64,000 bases of DNA, taken from NCBI GenBank assembly GCA_965205425.1, contig CBDBGZ010000009.1, positions 544,001-608,000 of the forward strand, written 5' to 3'. The number at the start of each line of letters is the position of its first letter. The first letter of the stretch is position 1. Source of the DNA: Nitrosopumilus sp. (lineage in GTDB: Archaea > Thermoproteota > Nitrososphaeria > Nitrososphaerales > Nitrosopumilaceae). The notes beneath the pieces were generated by a model. That model saw only the letters and a list, made by a program, of their open reading frames with translations. It was not told the origin of the DNA and made no database searches. Both the position numbers and the translations under genes were made by a program. Below, in pieces: positions 1 through 11,005 of this stretch.

Positions 1-2
1 AT

Positions 3-1349
3 TCAGATGCTCCAATTCCAGAAAATAAAATTTTTGATATGAATCTACCATTACTTGGAATTTGTTATGGCCATCAGTTGATTGTTAACAAGTACGGTGG
101 GAAAGTAAAAAGAGCAAACAAGGAATATGGTTCATCATTACTAACAATTGACAGTGATGAAGATCTACTAAATGGAGTTGGAGAATCAGTAAGAGCATGG
201 ATGAGTCATGGTGATGAAGCAGAACAACTTCCAGAAGGATTCAAAGTAATTGGTCATACTGAAAGTGCAAAAGCAGCGGCAATTGCATCAGAAGAAAAAT
301 CAATTTATGGTATTCAATTTCATCCAGAAGTAGTTCATACTGAACAAGGTACAGAAATTTTGAAGAACTTTGTATTGAAAGTTTGTGGTGCAAAACAAGA
401 TTGGACTATGGAAGGCTTTATCGATACAGCAGTTGAAAAAATTTCAAAGATTGAAGGAAATGTACTCTGTGGAGTTAGTGGAGGCATAGATTCTACTGTT
501 GTTGCACTATTAATTCAGAAAGCAATTGGGGATAGGCTAAAGTGTGTTTTTGTAAATAATGGTCTCTTGCGACAAAATGAAGAAAATGAGGTCGAAGAAA
601 TGTTCAAAGATAATTTCAAAGTAAATTTTACAGCAATAAATGCGGCAAATTCATTTCTTGAAAAACTCAAAGGAATAGAAGATCCAGAGAAGAAAAGAAA
701 AATTGTAGGTGAAGAATTTATTCAAGTTTTTACAAAATTTGCGGAAGAGAATGGACCTTTCAAGTGGTTAGCTCAAGGTACACTGTATCCGGATGTGATT
801 GAAAGTGGAGTGTCGAAGGGACCTGCTGCAGTAATAAAATCACATCATAATGTAGGGGGATTACCAGATTGGCTCAATCTAGAAATTTTAGAGCCACTAA
901 GGGATTTGTATAAAGATGAAGTTAGAAAAATAGCTAAAATTCTTCAAGTTCCTGAAAAACTTTTCATGAGACATCCATTTCCAGGTCCAGGTTTGTCAGT
1001 TAGAATAATTGGAGAAGTAACTCCGACAAAGCTAGAGATTTGTAAAGTTGCTAGTAAAATTGTGGAAGAAGAATTAATGGAAGCGGGATTGTATGAAAAA
1101 GTTTGGCAAGCTTATGCTGCAGTAGGAGACGATAGAGCAGTAGGAGTTGTAGGAGATGAACGTAGATATGGGAACATAGTAATGATTAGAGTTGTAGATT
1201 CAGTTGACGCAATGACTGCAGATTGGACAAGATTACCACATGGATTATTAGAAAAAATGAGTAATAGAATAACAAATGAAATTGAAGATGTTACATGGGT
1301 TACCTATACCATTTCAAGTAAACCACCAGCAACCATTGAACCACAGTAG
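3..1349 (+). CDS. guaA: GMP synthase (glutamine-hydrolysing), 5' end outside the window
   Basis: GICYGHQ, QFHPEV, SGGIDS, IKSHHNVGGLP and KPPATIE motifs; frame is open back to position 3. Confidence 0.97.
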   Translation, partial: SDAPIPENKIFDMNLPLLGICYGHQLIVNKYGGKVKRANKEYGSSLLTIDSDEDLLNGVGESVRAWMSHGDEAEQLPEGFKVIGHTESAKAAAIASEEKSIYGIQFHPEVVHTEQGTEILKNFVLKVCGAKQDWTMEGFIDTAVEKISKIEGNVLCGVSGGIDSTVVALLIQKAIGDRLKCVFVNNGLLRQNEENEVEEMFKDNFKVNFTAINAANSFLEKLKGIEDPEKKRKIVGEEFIQVFTKFAEENGPFKWLAQGTLYPDVIESGVSKGPAAVIKSHHNVGGLPDWLNLEILEPLRDLYKDEVRKIAKILQVPEKLFMRHPFPGPGLSVRIIGEVTPTKLEICKVASKIVEEELMEAGLYEKVWQAYAAVGDDRAVGVVGDERRYGNIVMIRVVDSVDAMTADWTRLPHGLLEKMSNRITNEIEDVTWVTYTISSKPPATIEPQ

Positions 1350-1714
1350 TGATAAAAATGGAGTATGAAAAAATTTGTGATGAAATTTTAGAATGTGATA
1401 ATAAAATTAGATATGTAGGAATATATGATTATGGAGAACTATATGACAAAATACGACCTGGATTAAAAAGTCATTTATCAAGAGCAGAAACTGAGATGTC
1501 TTTGTCTCAAGCTGTCTATAGATGGTCTACCCGTAAAAAAACTACAGATAAAATTGGCAAACCAATTTTTGCACTCGCAAAATATGAAAAAATTTACAGA
1601 GTAACAATTCCAATTGGAGGTGCAGGATTAATTTTGATCAGTGTTGAATTAGATTCTGATATTAACACAATTGTAGAGAAAATTATAACAATTAAAAACC
1701 AATATTCATCATAA
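1349..1714 (+). CDS. Conserved thaumarchaeal hypothetical protein (roadblock/DUF6659-like)
   Basis: 121-aa ORF coupled to guaA; CDEIL..D.KIRYVG pattern recalled from this paralogue family. Confidence 0.7.
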   Translation: MIKMEYEKICDEILECDNKIRYVGIYDYGELYDKIRPGLKSHLSRAETEMSLSQAVYRWSTRKKTTDKIGKPIFALAKYEKIYRVTIPIGGAGLILISVELDSDINTIVEKIITIKNQYSS

Positions 1715-1717
1715 TTT

Positions 1718-1987
1718 GTGAACGATATGGATTTTCATGTTTTTGATACATATGTAAAAGCAAAAGATGGTCATACAATGCATTTTGATGTTGTTACAGA
1801 TAATAACGATATAGAAAAAGCAATTTCTTTTGCTAAAGAATGGTTGAAAACTATCGGAGAAGAATCTTCTACAGTTACAACAAACGAATGTAAATTTTGT
1901 CATACCCAATTTGTACCAGAAGACATGGAAATTGAAATTATGACTGATGGGTATTCTATTTCAAAGATGGAAGGATGTCCAGATTAG
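1718..1987 (+). CDS. DUF2024 family protein
   Basis: HVFDTYV..KDG.TMHFDV and ECKFCH motifs. Confidence 0.85.
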   Translation: MNDMDFHVFDTYVKAKDGHTMHFDVVTDNNDIEKAISFAKEWLKTIGEESSTVTTNECKFCHTQFVPEDMEIEIMTDGYSISKMEGCPD

Positions 1988-2078
1988 TTTTAATCCACAT
2001 TAAGAATTTCTTGAGAAATTAAATATTCTATTGCAGATAATAATTCAGTTTCTGAAATTGTTTCATCTGCATACCATA

Positions 2079-3224
2079 TAGTTTAGGCATATAAATTTTG
2101 AATAAACTGTCAAGTATTTTAACTCAAAAGATCTAGATCGTAGAATCAATTCATGAAACCATGTCAAAGAGTACAAGACAATCCAAGGTTTCCTCTGGAA
2201 ATCAATTCATGAAAGGTACAAGCATTAATTTTTTAAGAAAAGTATGCAAGAATGAAAAAAATGCAAAAGCAAAGATAAGATTAAAGGCTGCAATACTAAG
2301 AAAACAAAATATTCCGTATTCTGTGATATGTGCAAGTCTGGATGTCATACCATCAACTCTGTCCTACTGGCTAAATCGAATGGATGAAGAGGGAATATCT
2401 GCATCACACCGCAAGAAATATTCTGGTTCTAGATGTTTTCTAAATGAAAAACAGCTAGTATCATTAAGAAATGATCTAATTTCAGGTCCAGAAAAGTTTG
2501 GATTTAACCAATTCATGTGGAGTACAAGAATGGTAATTACACATGTGAATAAAAAATACAACACCCTATACTCTGCAAGAGGAATGCGTGAATTGCTGCA
2601 CAGAATTGGATTCTCATCAAAAAAACCACGTCCCACACATCACAAATCAGCCTCAAAAGAGGAACAAACCCGTTTTAAAAAAACGCAAAAAGGAGTATCA
2701 AAAAATATTCCAAATTGGGATACACCACACTATGTCTGGATGAGTCAACAAACAAGATAGCTCCAAATATCAAAAAAGGCTGGTATCTAAAAGGAAAAAA
2801 TACACAAACCAAAATCAACTATACTCGAGAAAAGTTTCAATCATTTGGTGCATTGGGGGATGACGGCGTATTTTTTTGCAGATTCTATGATAAATCAAAC
2901 ACAGACGCATTTCTTGATTTTTTAGAATCACTGCAAAAACAATTTGGTAAGAAATTGTTATTATTTGCAGATAATGCATCATACCACAAAAGTCTCAGAG
3001 TAAAAGAATTTCTCAAAGCATCAAAAAGAAAAGTAATAATTAGATATTTTCCTGCATACACCCCAGAACTCAATCCAATTGAGGTACAGTGGAGAGAAGA
3101 GAAAAATGGTAATGCCAATACATTCTTTGCAAATGGAACTAAGATGAGAAAACACATGCAGAAGAGACTAGATAATGGAGACGTTCGAGTTGTGAAATTA
3201 TTCAAATATTTAATGCCTTAACTA
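2079..3224 (+). mobile_element. IS630-family insertion sequence, copy 1 (1146 bp)
   Basis: Imperfect terminal IRs TAGTTTAGGCAT.../...ATGCCTTAACTA; TA duplication at 2077-2078 and 3225-3226; second copy at 15797. Confidence 0.96.
2161..3221 (+). CDS. IS630 transposase, two ORFs (HTH 2161-2760; DDE to 3221) joined by a -1 frameshift
   Basis: DES, DNASYH and PAYTPELNPIE motifs; slippery TTTTAAAAAAAC at 2673-2684 is present in both copies. Confidence 0.93.
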
Positions 3225-3867
3225 TACAAAGATATCATGAACCCAAATAGGTATTTTTGATTCAATTTCTTCGGTATTTTCAATTTCCAATAATTCAATC
3301 TCTTCATTATTTTCTAATTCTTCTTCAGGGATTTCTAATTCTTGAGCAGCATTCTGTGTAACAACTGGAGGTTTACTTGATTCAATAATTGTAAAAGTTG
3401 AAACAGCTTCACTTGGCCCATATTCAGAAAAAATTCTCAGCACATAATCACCTGTAATGTTGGTTTCCACATCCCCAGATTCAAGATAATGTAAGATTTG
3501 AACTCCCCATAAATTATCAACAATGATTTTTGGTAAGACTTCAGTAGTTTTGATAATTTCTCCATCACTTATTCGAGATATTTCCATGAAATGATAACCA
3601 TGTTGTGGATCATAGTTTTCAATTTGAATATCAGCTCGAATCATTTGTGGGTTTTTATCTAAATCAATAGTATCTCCAGATACAAAGTCAATGGTAATTA
3701 CAGGAAGTTCTTCAAGACCATAAACTGAATTTACATGAAATAATACAATATTGAGAAAAGTCCCAATAAAATCTTTGAAATCATATTCTATCTATAATTG
3801 ATAAGAATAGATTAGTTATATCTATAATCTACATTTTTTCTGTAAAATAGATACCAATTTGGAAAAA

Positions 3868-4734
3868 TCAAAGCATACAAGCACCAAAAACACCAGCTGA
3901 ATCACCTAACCGATTTTTTAGAATTGGAGTATCAACTAAATCTGAAAATACTTTATTGTATACTGATTTTTTTCCTTCGGTATACAAAAAATCAATGTTT
4001 GACAAACCTCCACCTAATACAATTGCATCTGGATCTAAAATATCAATTACATTTGCAAGACCATAACCAACATTTTCTAAAAATTCATCTTTCCATTGTT
4101 TTCCAATATCATTATCAATGTCAGTTATAATTTCTGGAAGTGATTTGGATTTTCCAGATAGTTTTGCCCAACTATTTTCAAGTGAAGGACCACTAATGTA
4201 CGTCTCCACACAACCAGTTTTACCACAATAACATTGATTTCCATTACGATGTAGTGTATGATGACCCCACTCACCACCGATATTGGTTCTTCCATAATGA
4301 AGTTTTTTATCAATTACAATACCACCTCCTACTCCAGTACCAAGAATTACACCAAATACTAAATCATAATCAATAGCAGCACCTATTGTTGCTTCTGCCA
4401 TTGTAAAACAATTAGCATCATTTTCCATAGAAATTTTTTTTCCGATTTTATTTTCCAAATCTTCTTTTAGAGATTTTCCAATCAAACATTGTGTATTACT
4501 ATTTTTGATTAATCCAGTTTTTTTAGAAATTGCACCAGGTGTACAAATACCTAATGAAAAATCAGATATATTTTCAGAAATTTCTGAAACTAGAGTTAAT
4601 ATAGAATCTAAAATTTCATGGTAATCATTTTGAGGAGTTGGAATTCTTTTTCTATTAATTACATCTAGATTTTCATCAAGTAGTATAGCTTCAGTTTTAG
4701 TGCCACCTAAATCAACACCAATTTTGTACAACAA
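3868..4734 (-). CDS. ROK family sugar kinase
   Basis: GVDLGGTK, ENDANC, GTGVGGG, GEWGH and CYCGKTGCVE motifs. Confidence 0.93.
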   Translation of the reverse strand: MLYKIGVDLGGTKTEAILLDENLDVINRKRIPTPQNDYHEILDSILTLVSEISENISDFSLGICTPGAISKKTGLIKNSNTQCLIGKSLKEDLENKIGKKISMENDANCFTMAEATIGAAIDYDLVFGVILGTGVGGGIVIDKKLHYGRTNIGGEWGHHTLHRNGNQCYCGKTGCVETYISGPSLENSWAKLSGKSKSLPEIITDIDNDIGKQWKDEFLENVGYGLANVIDILDPDAIVLGGGLSNIDFLYTEGKKSVYNKVFSDLVDTPILKNRLGDSAGVFGACML

Positions 4735-4775
4735 TATGTATGAAAAATTAAAACGCTTAAGCTTTAACTAAAATT

Positions 4776-6398
4776 TTAGCCCATTGGAGGCATACCGCCG
4801 CCACCTGGAGCTCCAGATATAGCGATGACATCATCAATTCTAAGAACCATACATGCAGCTTCAGTTGCAGATTTGATAATTTGTTCTTTAACAACAATTG
4901 GTTCAACTACATTGATTCCCATCATATCTGCAATCTTCATGTTTTTAGCATCAATACCGGTCCATTTTTGACCTTGGTTTTGTTTTGATCTTAAGTTAGC
5001 CATAGTATCAATAGGATCCATTCCAGCATTTTCAGCAATTGTAAGAGGAATTGTTTCTAATGCTTCAGCGTATTTTTTAATTGCAAGTTGTTCTCTACCA
5101 CTAAAGTTATCAGCCCATTCTTTTAGTCGTGCAGCAGCAAAAGCTTCAGGAGCACCTCCACCAGCCACTATGGATGGGCTTTCAACTACGTCTTTTACAA
5201 CCATTAAAGAATCATGAATTGAACGATCAACTTCATCAATTACTCTTTGGGTACCACCACGAATTAGCATTGTAACTGATTGTGGATGTTTGCATCCTTC
5301 AATGAATATCCATTTATCAGATTCAACTTTCTTTTGATGAGCTAATTCAGCAACACCAAGATCATTTTCTGAAAGATCATCTAAATTACTAACTACACGT
5401 CCACCAGTTGCTTTAGAGAGTTTAATCATATCACTTTCTTTGACACGACGTACAGCCATAATTCCATATTTTGCAAGATAGTGTTGTGAAATATCATCAA
5501 TTCCTTTTTGACAAATAAGGACATTTACTCCAACATCATGTAATTTATCAACCATTGATTTTAGCATCCTATTTTCTTCTTCTAAGAACATCTGCATTTG
5601 CGTAGGATCAGTAATTCTAATTTCAGAACTTAATTCAGTTTTTTCAATTTCTAAAGCAGAATTGATTAGAGCAATTTTTGCATTATTAATTTTTGTAGGC
5701 ATTCCACTATGAACAACTTCTTTATCCAAAACAATACCCTTTACAACTTGTGTATCATCAATTGATCCACCAGCTTTCTTTTCTATTTTGATATTTTCAA
5801 GATCAACAAAATAATCATCACCTTTTTTTGTTGCAATACTTAGAATAGCATCAACAATCATTTTAGAAAGTGGTCCACTATCTTCAGAGATTAATTTAGA
5901 TTGCATGCTAGTTGTAGCTATTTTCATAAGAGATTGTTTGTCATTAGGTTCTATTTTTTTAGCCAAGTCTGAATAAATTTCAAGAACATGATCTGATGCA
6001 AGTTGATAACCATCAATAATAGTTGAAGAATGTACTTCTTTGTTTAAAAGATCTTCAGCTCTTGCCAATAATGCACCACCAAAAATTACAGAAGATGTTG
6101 TACCATCTCCTACTTCATTATCTACAGTTTTAGAAATTTCAACCATCATTTTGGCTGCTGGATGTTGAACATCAATTTCTTTTAAAATTGTGGCACCATC
6201 ATTTGTAATAGTAACATCACCTAAGGAATCAACTAACATTTTATCAAGACCTCTTGGTCCAAGGCTACTTCTAACTAATTGTGCAACTAATTTTGCTGCA
6301 GCAATATTGTTTTGTTGAGCATCTTTGCCTTTTTGCTGTAATGCGCTCTCTTTAAGAACTAAAACAGGTCCATTTGGTCCTTGTTGAATTGATGCCAT
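4776..6398 (-). CDS. Thermosome (group II chaperonin) subunit
   Basis: [17 protein letters not shown] and GDGTTS motifs; GGM-rich tail. Confidence 0.97.
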   Translation of the reverse strand: MASIQQGPNGPVLVLKESALQQKGKDAQQNNIAAAKLVAQLVRSSLGPRGLDKMLVDSLGDVTITNDGATILKEIDVQHPAAKMMVEISKTVDNEVGDGTTSSVIFGGALLARAEDLLNKEVHSSTIIDGYQLASDHVLEIYSDLAKKIEPNDKQSLMKIATTSMQSKLISEDSGPLSKMIVDAILSIATKKGDDYFVDLENIKIEKKAGGSIDDTQVVKGIVLDKEVVHSGMPTKINNAKIALINSALEIEKTELSSEIRITDPTQMQMFLEEENRMLKSMVDKLHDVGVNVLICQKGIDDISQHYLAKYGIMAVRRVKESDMIKLSKATGGRVVSNLDDLSENDLGVAELAHQKKVESDKWIFIEGCKHPQSVTMLIRGGTQRVIDEVDRSIHDSLMVVKDVVESPSIVAGGGAPEAFAAARLKEWADNFSGREQLAIKKYAEALETIPLTIAENAGMDPIDTMANLRSKQNQGQKWTGIDAKNMKIADMMGINVVEPIVVKEQIIKSATEAACMVLRIDDVIAISGAPGGGGMPPMG

Positions 6399-6442
6399 TT
6401 AGATTCAGTTTCAATCCGCTAAATCCCCCTTTTTAACATTAC

Positions 6443-8206
6443 TTAGTTGATCGGCGAAATGTAGCTTCGTTTTTTCACATCTACAATTCCACCAGAAAGA
6501 ATTCTTACTGATGGTAAAGCAAGAAATGGTAAAAATAACGGAATTAAATGAGGTCTAGAAAATTTTGAGCCAGAATCTACAATAGTGTTATTGATTTTTT
6601 CAAAGTTAGATGAAACTTTTTCAAAAGAATCAGTTGAAATTATTCCTCCAAGTTGTAATGGTAAAGAAGCAAGAATTTTTCCAGATTTGACTGCTACAAG
6701 ACCTCCTTGATTCTTAATTAGATAGTTTGATGCTACTGCCATATCAAAATCATTTGAACCAATTACAATCATGTCATTTTCATGAAAACTCCAAGTTGAA
6801 GCAAAAGCTCCTATATCTGCTCCAAAATTTTCAAGAAATCCAATTGTACGTCTATTTGTTCCATAAATTCTATCAAATGCTGCAACTTTCCAGATATCAG
6901 AATCTAAAGAAGCAGATACATGTCCATCTTTAGGATAAAGTTCAACAGAACCTATCTTTGTAATTATTTCAGTTTGCATATTGATAGTATTTGCAATTAC
7001 ATCTTTCTTTTTTGATTTTATAAGAAAATCATTTTTTGAGAAATTTTTTAGTTTTACAGTTTTCTTGATCCAGGGAGAAATTGTTTTCTTTTTGATAGGA
7101 GTAACAATTTGCCCATTAGATACTACAAGTTTTCCTCCAACAAAGACTTTGTTTGGTTTGAATGATTTCAAATCATCAAAAATTAGAATATCTGCTAATT
7201 TTCCAGGTGCTATACCTCCAAGATCTTTTCCCATATTGTAATAATCAAAATTATTTTTTGAGGCCATCGTAATTGCATCTATTGGTTTGAGACCAAGTTT
7301 GATTGATTCACGGATACAGTGATCTATGTGCCCAAATTCAGAAATATCAAGAGGGTCAAGACCATCAGAACAAAACATTAAACGATTGAGATATGTTCCA
7401 TGGGATAAAACACGTGGAATTATTTCTTTCAAATCACGTCTTATAGAACCTTCTCGAATCATTATCCACATTCCAAGGCGTAATCTTTCTAAAACTTGAT
7501 CAAAATTGATTGGTTCATGACAAGATAGTACACCAGATGAAACGTACGCATTGAGTTTTTTTTCACTTGCGCCAGCAGTGTGGCCATTGATTATACAATC
7601 ACATTCCAACATTGCTGAAAGTGATTTCATAGTTTTTGGTTCACGTAGAGTAACTTTAGTCCATGAAAAAACCTCTCCCATTCCAAGAACATGTGGATGC
7701 TTTACTGCAGATTTTTCTTGTGATAAAGTTAATGATTTACTATTACTGAATTTTCCATCTACAGGTAAACCTCCTGGAACCACTTGAAAGATTCTGATTG
7801 GAAGATTTTCTCCCAGTTTAAGAAATTCTTGAAAACCACGATTTCCTGCAACACTAACAATATCAATCGGATCAGAAAACAGAGATGTAACACCACAGAG
7901 TAAAGCCTTTTTTGCAAATTCAGATGGCAATACAAATTGATCAATATGTAAATGCGGATCTGCAAACCCAGGACTAACATATTTTCCTTTTACATCAATT
8001 ACAATAGTTTTGGGACCAACTGCATGTGATGCGTCAGGACCAACATATGCAATTCTTTCATTGACAATAGCAATCTGAATTTTTGGAATGATTTCTCTAG
8101 TGTATACAGATAATAAATTACAATTTTTTAAAATCAGATCGGCTTTCTTATCACCCATTGCTACAGAGTTAAGATTAGAGATCGAATTTGCTAGGCTCGA
8201 AGTCAC
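6443..8206 (-). CDS. ade: Adenine deaminase family amidohydrolase
   Basis: PGFADPHLH, REGS and APGKLADI motifs; 587 aa. Confidence 0.85.
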   Translation of the reverse strand: MTSSLANSISNLNSVAMGDKKADLILKNCNLLSVYTREIIPKIQIAIVNERIAYVGPDASHAVGPKTIVIDVKGKYVSPGFADPHLHIDQFVLPSEFAKKALLCGVTSLFSDPIDIVSVAGNRGFQEFLKLGENLPIRIFQVVPGGLPVDGKFSNSKSLTLSQEKSAVKHPHVLGMGEVFSWTKVTLREPKTMKSLSAMLECDCIINGHTAGASEKKLNAYVSSGVLSCHEPINFDQVLERLRLGMWIMIREGSIRRDLKEIIPRVLSHGTYLNRLMFCSDGLDPLDISEFGHIDHCIRESIKLGLKPIDAITMASKNNFDYYNMGKDLGGIAPGKLADILIFDDLKSFKPNKVFVGGKLVVSNGQIVTPIKKKTISPWIKKTVKLKNFSKNDFLIKSKKKDVIANTINMQTEIITKIGSVELYPKDGHVSASLDSDIWKVAAFDRIYGTNRRTIGFLENFGADIGAFASTWSFHENDMIVIGSNDFDMAVASNYLIKNQGGLVAVKSGKILASLPLQLGGIISTDSFEKVSSNFEKINNTIVDSGSKFSRPHLIPLFLPFLALPSVRILSGGIVDVKKRSYISPIN

Positions 8207-8276
8207 GTATTTTTATTGGATTTTGCGCCTATTATAGATTCAATGCTTAAATTACGGATTGAGAGGTTTTGTTGAT

Positions 8277-8558
8277 ATGAACATCCCTAAGGTGATCCGA
8301 AAGTATTGTGCAAAATGTAAAACACATACTGAACAAAAGGTCTCCATTTACAAGGCTGGAAAAAGACGTGGCTCTGCAAGAGGTGAACGTAGACACGCAG
8401 AACGTAAACAGGGATATGGTGGACAAAAATTCCCAAAACTAGCAAAACCAGCCAAAGTTACAAAGAAAGTTACTCCTCTTATGACATGTACTGTTTGCAA
8501 AAAGAAATACAATAAAAAAGGTGTTAGAATTAAGAAATTCGAGTTGGTAGCAGCATGA
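8277..8558 (+). CDS. rpl44e: 50S ribosomal protein L44e
   Basis: YCAKCKTHT, GYGGQKFP, KVTKK and CTVC; ATG 8277 follows GAGG. Confidence 0.96.
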   Translation: MNIPKVIRKYCAKCKTHTEQKVSIYKAGKRRGSARGERRHAERKQGYGGQKFPKLAKPAKVTKKVTPLMTCTVCKKKYNKKGVRIKKFELVAA

Positions 8559-8752
8559 AAAAAGATCACGTCGAGATTCCAAAACCTTCAAGTAAGTTTC
8601 AAAAAGTCAATTGCAATGAATGTGGTGAATTACAAATAGTTTATTCACATGCATCAACACAGATTGCATGTAATTCTTGTGGTAATACTATTTCAGAGCC
8701 AACAGGATCAAAAGCTTTGATAAATGGTAAAATTTCAGGCAGTGCTGAGTAA
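8555..8752 (+). CDS. rps27e: 30S ribosomal protein S27e
   Basis: P.SKF.KV.CNEC...QIVYSHAST...CNSCG. Confidence 0.96.
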   Translation: MKKDHVEIPKPSSKFQKVNCNECGELQIVYSHASTQIACNSCGNTISEPTGSKALINGKISGSAE

Positions 8753-9319
8753 ATCATAATCTTGTTTTGAATTTAGATTAAAAGCAATTCTCTTATCATC
8801 AATAATTACATAATTTTCTTCTAAATTATCTAATGAAGAAATCTTTTTTGAATTAATTAAAGATACTCCAGTATAATGACATTTTTGTCCATCAACATTT
8901 ATAGAAAAATCAGATTCAAGACCAAGTGAAATCAAGAATTTATTAGTAACCAAAATACTGGTCCAGGTTTTTTTAGGATTATAATGAGCAAGAATACTTT
9001 GTATAATTTTCACATCCAAGAGAGGTAAATCTCCAGATGTAACTAGAACATCATCATGAATAGTTTTGAGTATTGAATTTAGATCTTCTACATAACCTAT
9101 TCCAGAAGTATCAAAAGTTTCAATATTATTTTCTTCAAGAAACTTTTTTGTTTTAGGGGAATTACAACTTGTAATGGCCAATATTTTTGAAAAGGAATTA
9201 GAATTTTGTAATGAATCAATTACATGTAGAATTACAGGCTTTTTGTATTTGAGTAATAATTTTTCATTGTCTAAATTCATTCTAGTACCCTTACCACCAG
9301 CCATTACAAGACCAATCAT
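8735..9319 (-). CDS. cobY: Adenosylcobinamide-phosphate guanylyltransferase (CobY-like NTP transferase)
   Basis: MAGGKGTRM...EKLLL and GYVEDL motifs; lies in the cob cluster. Confidence 0.85.
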   Translation of the reverse strand: MIGLVMAGGKGTRMNLDNEKLLLKYKKPVILHVIDSLQNSNSFSKILAITSCNSPKTKKFLEENNIETFDTSGIGYVEDLNSILKTIHDDVLVTSGDLPLLDVKIIQSILAHYNPKKTWTSILVTNKFLISLGLESDFSINVDGQKCHYTGVSLINSKKISSLDNLEENYVIIDDKRIAFNLNSKQDYDLLSTA

Positions 9320-10041
9320 ATTGAAACAAACACCATCAGAGAAGCTAATCGAGTAAATTCGTTTGTGGCACCAAGTACATCACCAGTTACACCACCAAAA
9401 CTACGTGTGGACAATGCTAATAGAAACAATGTCAGAATAATAGTTACACCAAGCATCACAAGTCCAGTAGTTTCACCAATCATTACTACCGGAATTAACA
9501 TTATGAAAAAAGCTGCTGAAAGTTTTTTCTTATCTTTCATAAATTCAAGAAATGGTGAATTTGAGCCTAATGAGGCAGATTTGCCTAAGCTAGCCATCAA
9601 TACCATTGAAAATTTTGCTAATATTTCACTAATCAAAATTGCTTTGAGTAAATCAAATCCACTTGTTAGAGAAATTGTGATTATCAAACCTACTAGATAC
9701 AAAACAATTGCAACAATACCAGCAGATCCTGTAGAAAGATCTTTCATAGCTTTAAGTTTTTTATCTTTTGAGCCTTTTACCATTAATCCATCTGCAAAAT
9801 CAGCTAAACCATCTGCATGATGTATTCCAGTTACAATTGCAATAGAAGCAACAACTAACAAACTAACTAACAATGGTTCCAAGATGAAAGATAAACCAAA
9901 TCCTAAGGAACCAATCAATAGACCAATTACAATTCCAACTATTGGAAAAACAAACATGTATTTTGCAATATTTTCTAAAGTTGCATTTGATGATGGAAAA
10001 ATTGTTAAAAATGAAAAAACAGATCCAATTTCTTTAAGCAT
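9316..10041 (-). CDS. cobS: Adenosylcobinamide-GDP ribazoletransferase
   Basis: FLTIFP, H.DGLADFADG, MKD..TG and FGGVTGDVLGA motifs. Confidence 0.95.
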   Translation of the reverse strand: MLKEIGSVFSFLTIFPSSNATLENIAKYMFVFPIVGIVIGLLIGSLGFGLSFILEPLLVSLLVVASIAIVTGIHHADGLADFADGLMVKGSKDKKLKAMKDLSTGSAGIVAIVLYLVGLIITISLTSGFDLLKAILISEILAKFSMVLMASLGKSASLGSNSPFLEFMKDKKKLSAAFFIMLIPVVMIGETTGLVMLGVTIILTLFLLALSTRSFGGVTGDVLGATNEFTRLASLMVFVSI

Positions 10042-10045
10042 GTAT

Positions 10046-11005
10046 TCACCATCCAGCAAGTGATAGAATAGAAATTATTGGAATAGTAACTATTCCAAAG
10101 AAAAGTATCGAAGTAAGTTTCATAATTGAAATTGCAGAAGAAACATGTTCTTTTGTAAGAATAATTTCGCCATCTCCCAGTTTGTAATGATCAATTTTTT
10201 CAAATTTTGTTTCTAAAGCTCCAGCTAAAGCAGCCATTGGATACCCAGCATTAGGACTTTCAGTTTTTTTACCATCTCGGAGCATAATTTTGTATGATTC
10301 TTTCCAATTATTTTGTAAAATAGCAGCTGAAATGATCATGATTAATCCCGTAAGTCTGGATGGGATGTAATTTAAAACACTATCACAGGTTGCTGCAAAC
10401 CAACCAACATTTTTGAAAATATTAGTCTTGTATCCTATCATTGAATCTGCAGTGTTAACTACACGATAAACAAATGCTCCAGGTAATCCAAAAAGAGCAT
10501 AGTAAAACAATGGCCCAGTGATTCCATCAACTGTATTTTCACTGATACTCTCAAGTACGCCTGATAAAATGTGATTTCGGTCTAAATTCTTAGTATTTCT
10601 CTTTACAATCATAGATAGATGGGTTCTGGCCAAATCTAGATTTTCATCTTCAATGGATTTCAATACAGATTTTGCATATTTTTCCATACCATGAATCGCA
10701 ATAGTGGTTTTTAATAATAATCCACCAACAATTACAGAAATAATTAATGAAACATAATCAATAGTTATCAAAGAAATTCCAATGTTCAAAACAAAAAGTA
10801 ACAAAATTACCAAGCCAGAAATAATTACAATAATGCCAATACCACCAAATTTTTCAATTGTTGAATTATCATTTTTTGCAATTGGTGTAAGTGTTGCAAT
10901 CAAAGTTCCAATCCAAGCTGTTGGATGATATTTATTTTTAGGATCTCCAAATTTGAAATCAAGTAAAATTGCAAAACCAACTACAAGTAAAGATTCTACA
11001 ATCAT
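10046..11005 (-). CDS. cbiB: Adenosylcobinamide-phosphate synthase
   Basis: GDP...HP, ESISENTVDG, YRVVNTADSMIGY and SPNAGYP motifs. Confidence 0.95.
   Translation of the reverse strand: MIVESLLVVGFAILLDFKFGDPKNKYHPTAWIGTLIATLTPIAKNDNSTIEKFGGIGIIVIISGLVILLLFVLNIGISLITIDYVSLIISVIVGGLLLKTTIAIHGMEKYAKSVLKSIEDENLDLARTHLSMIVKRNTKNLDRNHILSGVLESISENTVDGITGPLFYYALFGLPGAFVYRVVNTADSMIGYKTNIFKNVGWFAATCDSVLNYIPSRLTGLIMIISAAILQNNWKESYKIMLRDGKKTESPNAGYPMAALAGALETKFEKIDHYKLGDGEIILTKEHVSSAISIMKLTSILFFGIVTIPIISILSLAGW

Larger units (their letters stand above)
1990..3784 (-). pseudogene. Secreted protein with thaumarchaeal IP.WV..WY..IS..EL..AIEYLI C-terminal domain, disrupted by IS630 and a 5' frameshift
   Basis: Removing the IS and one TA rejoins ...IPIWVHDIFV to WYADETISETELLSAIEYLISQEILNVD* (stop 1990-1992); signal-peptide-like MISKILLGLFSI from ATG 3784 is 1 nt out of frame with the body. 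Confidence 0.88.

Noticed and set aside
2673..2684. IS630 frameshift as pseudogenisation
   Set aside because: It is identical in both copies and lies at a slippery A run typical of programmed IS630 frameshifting.
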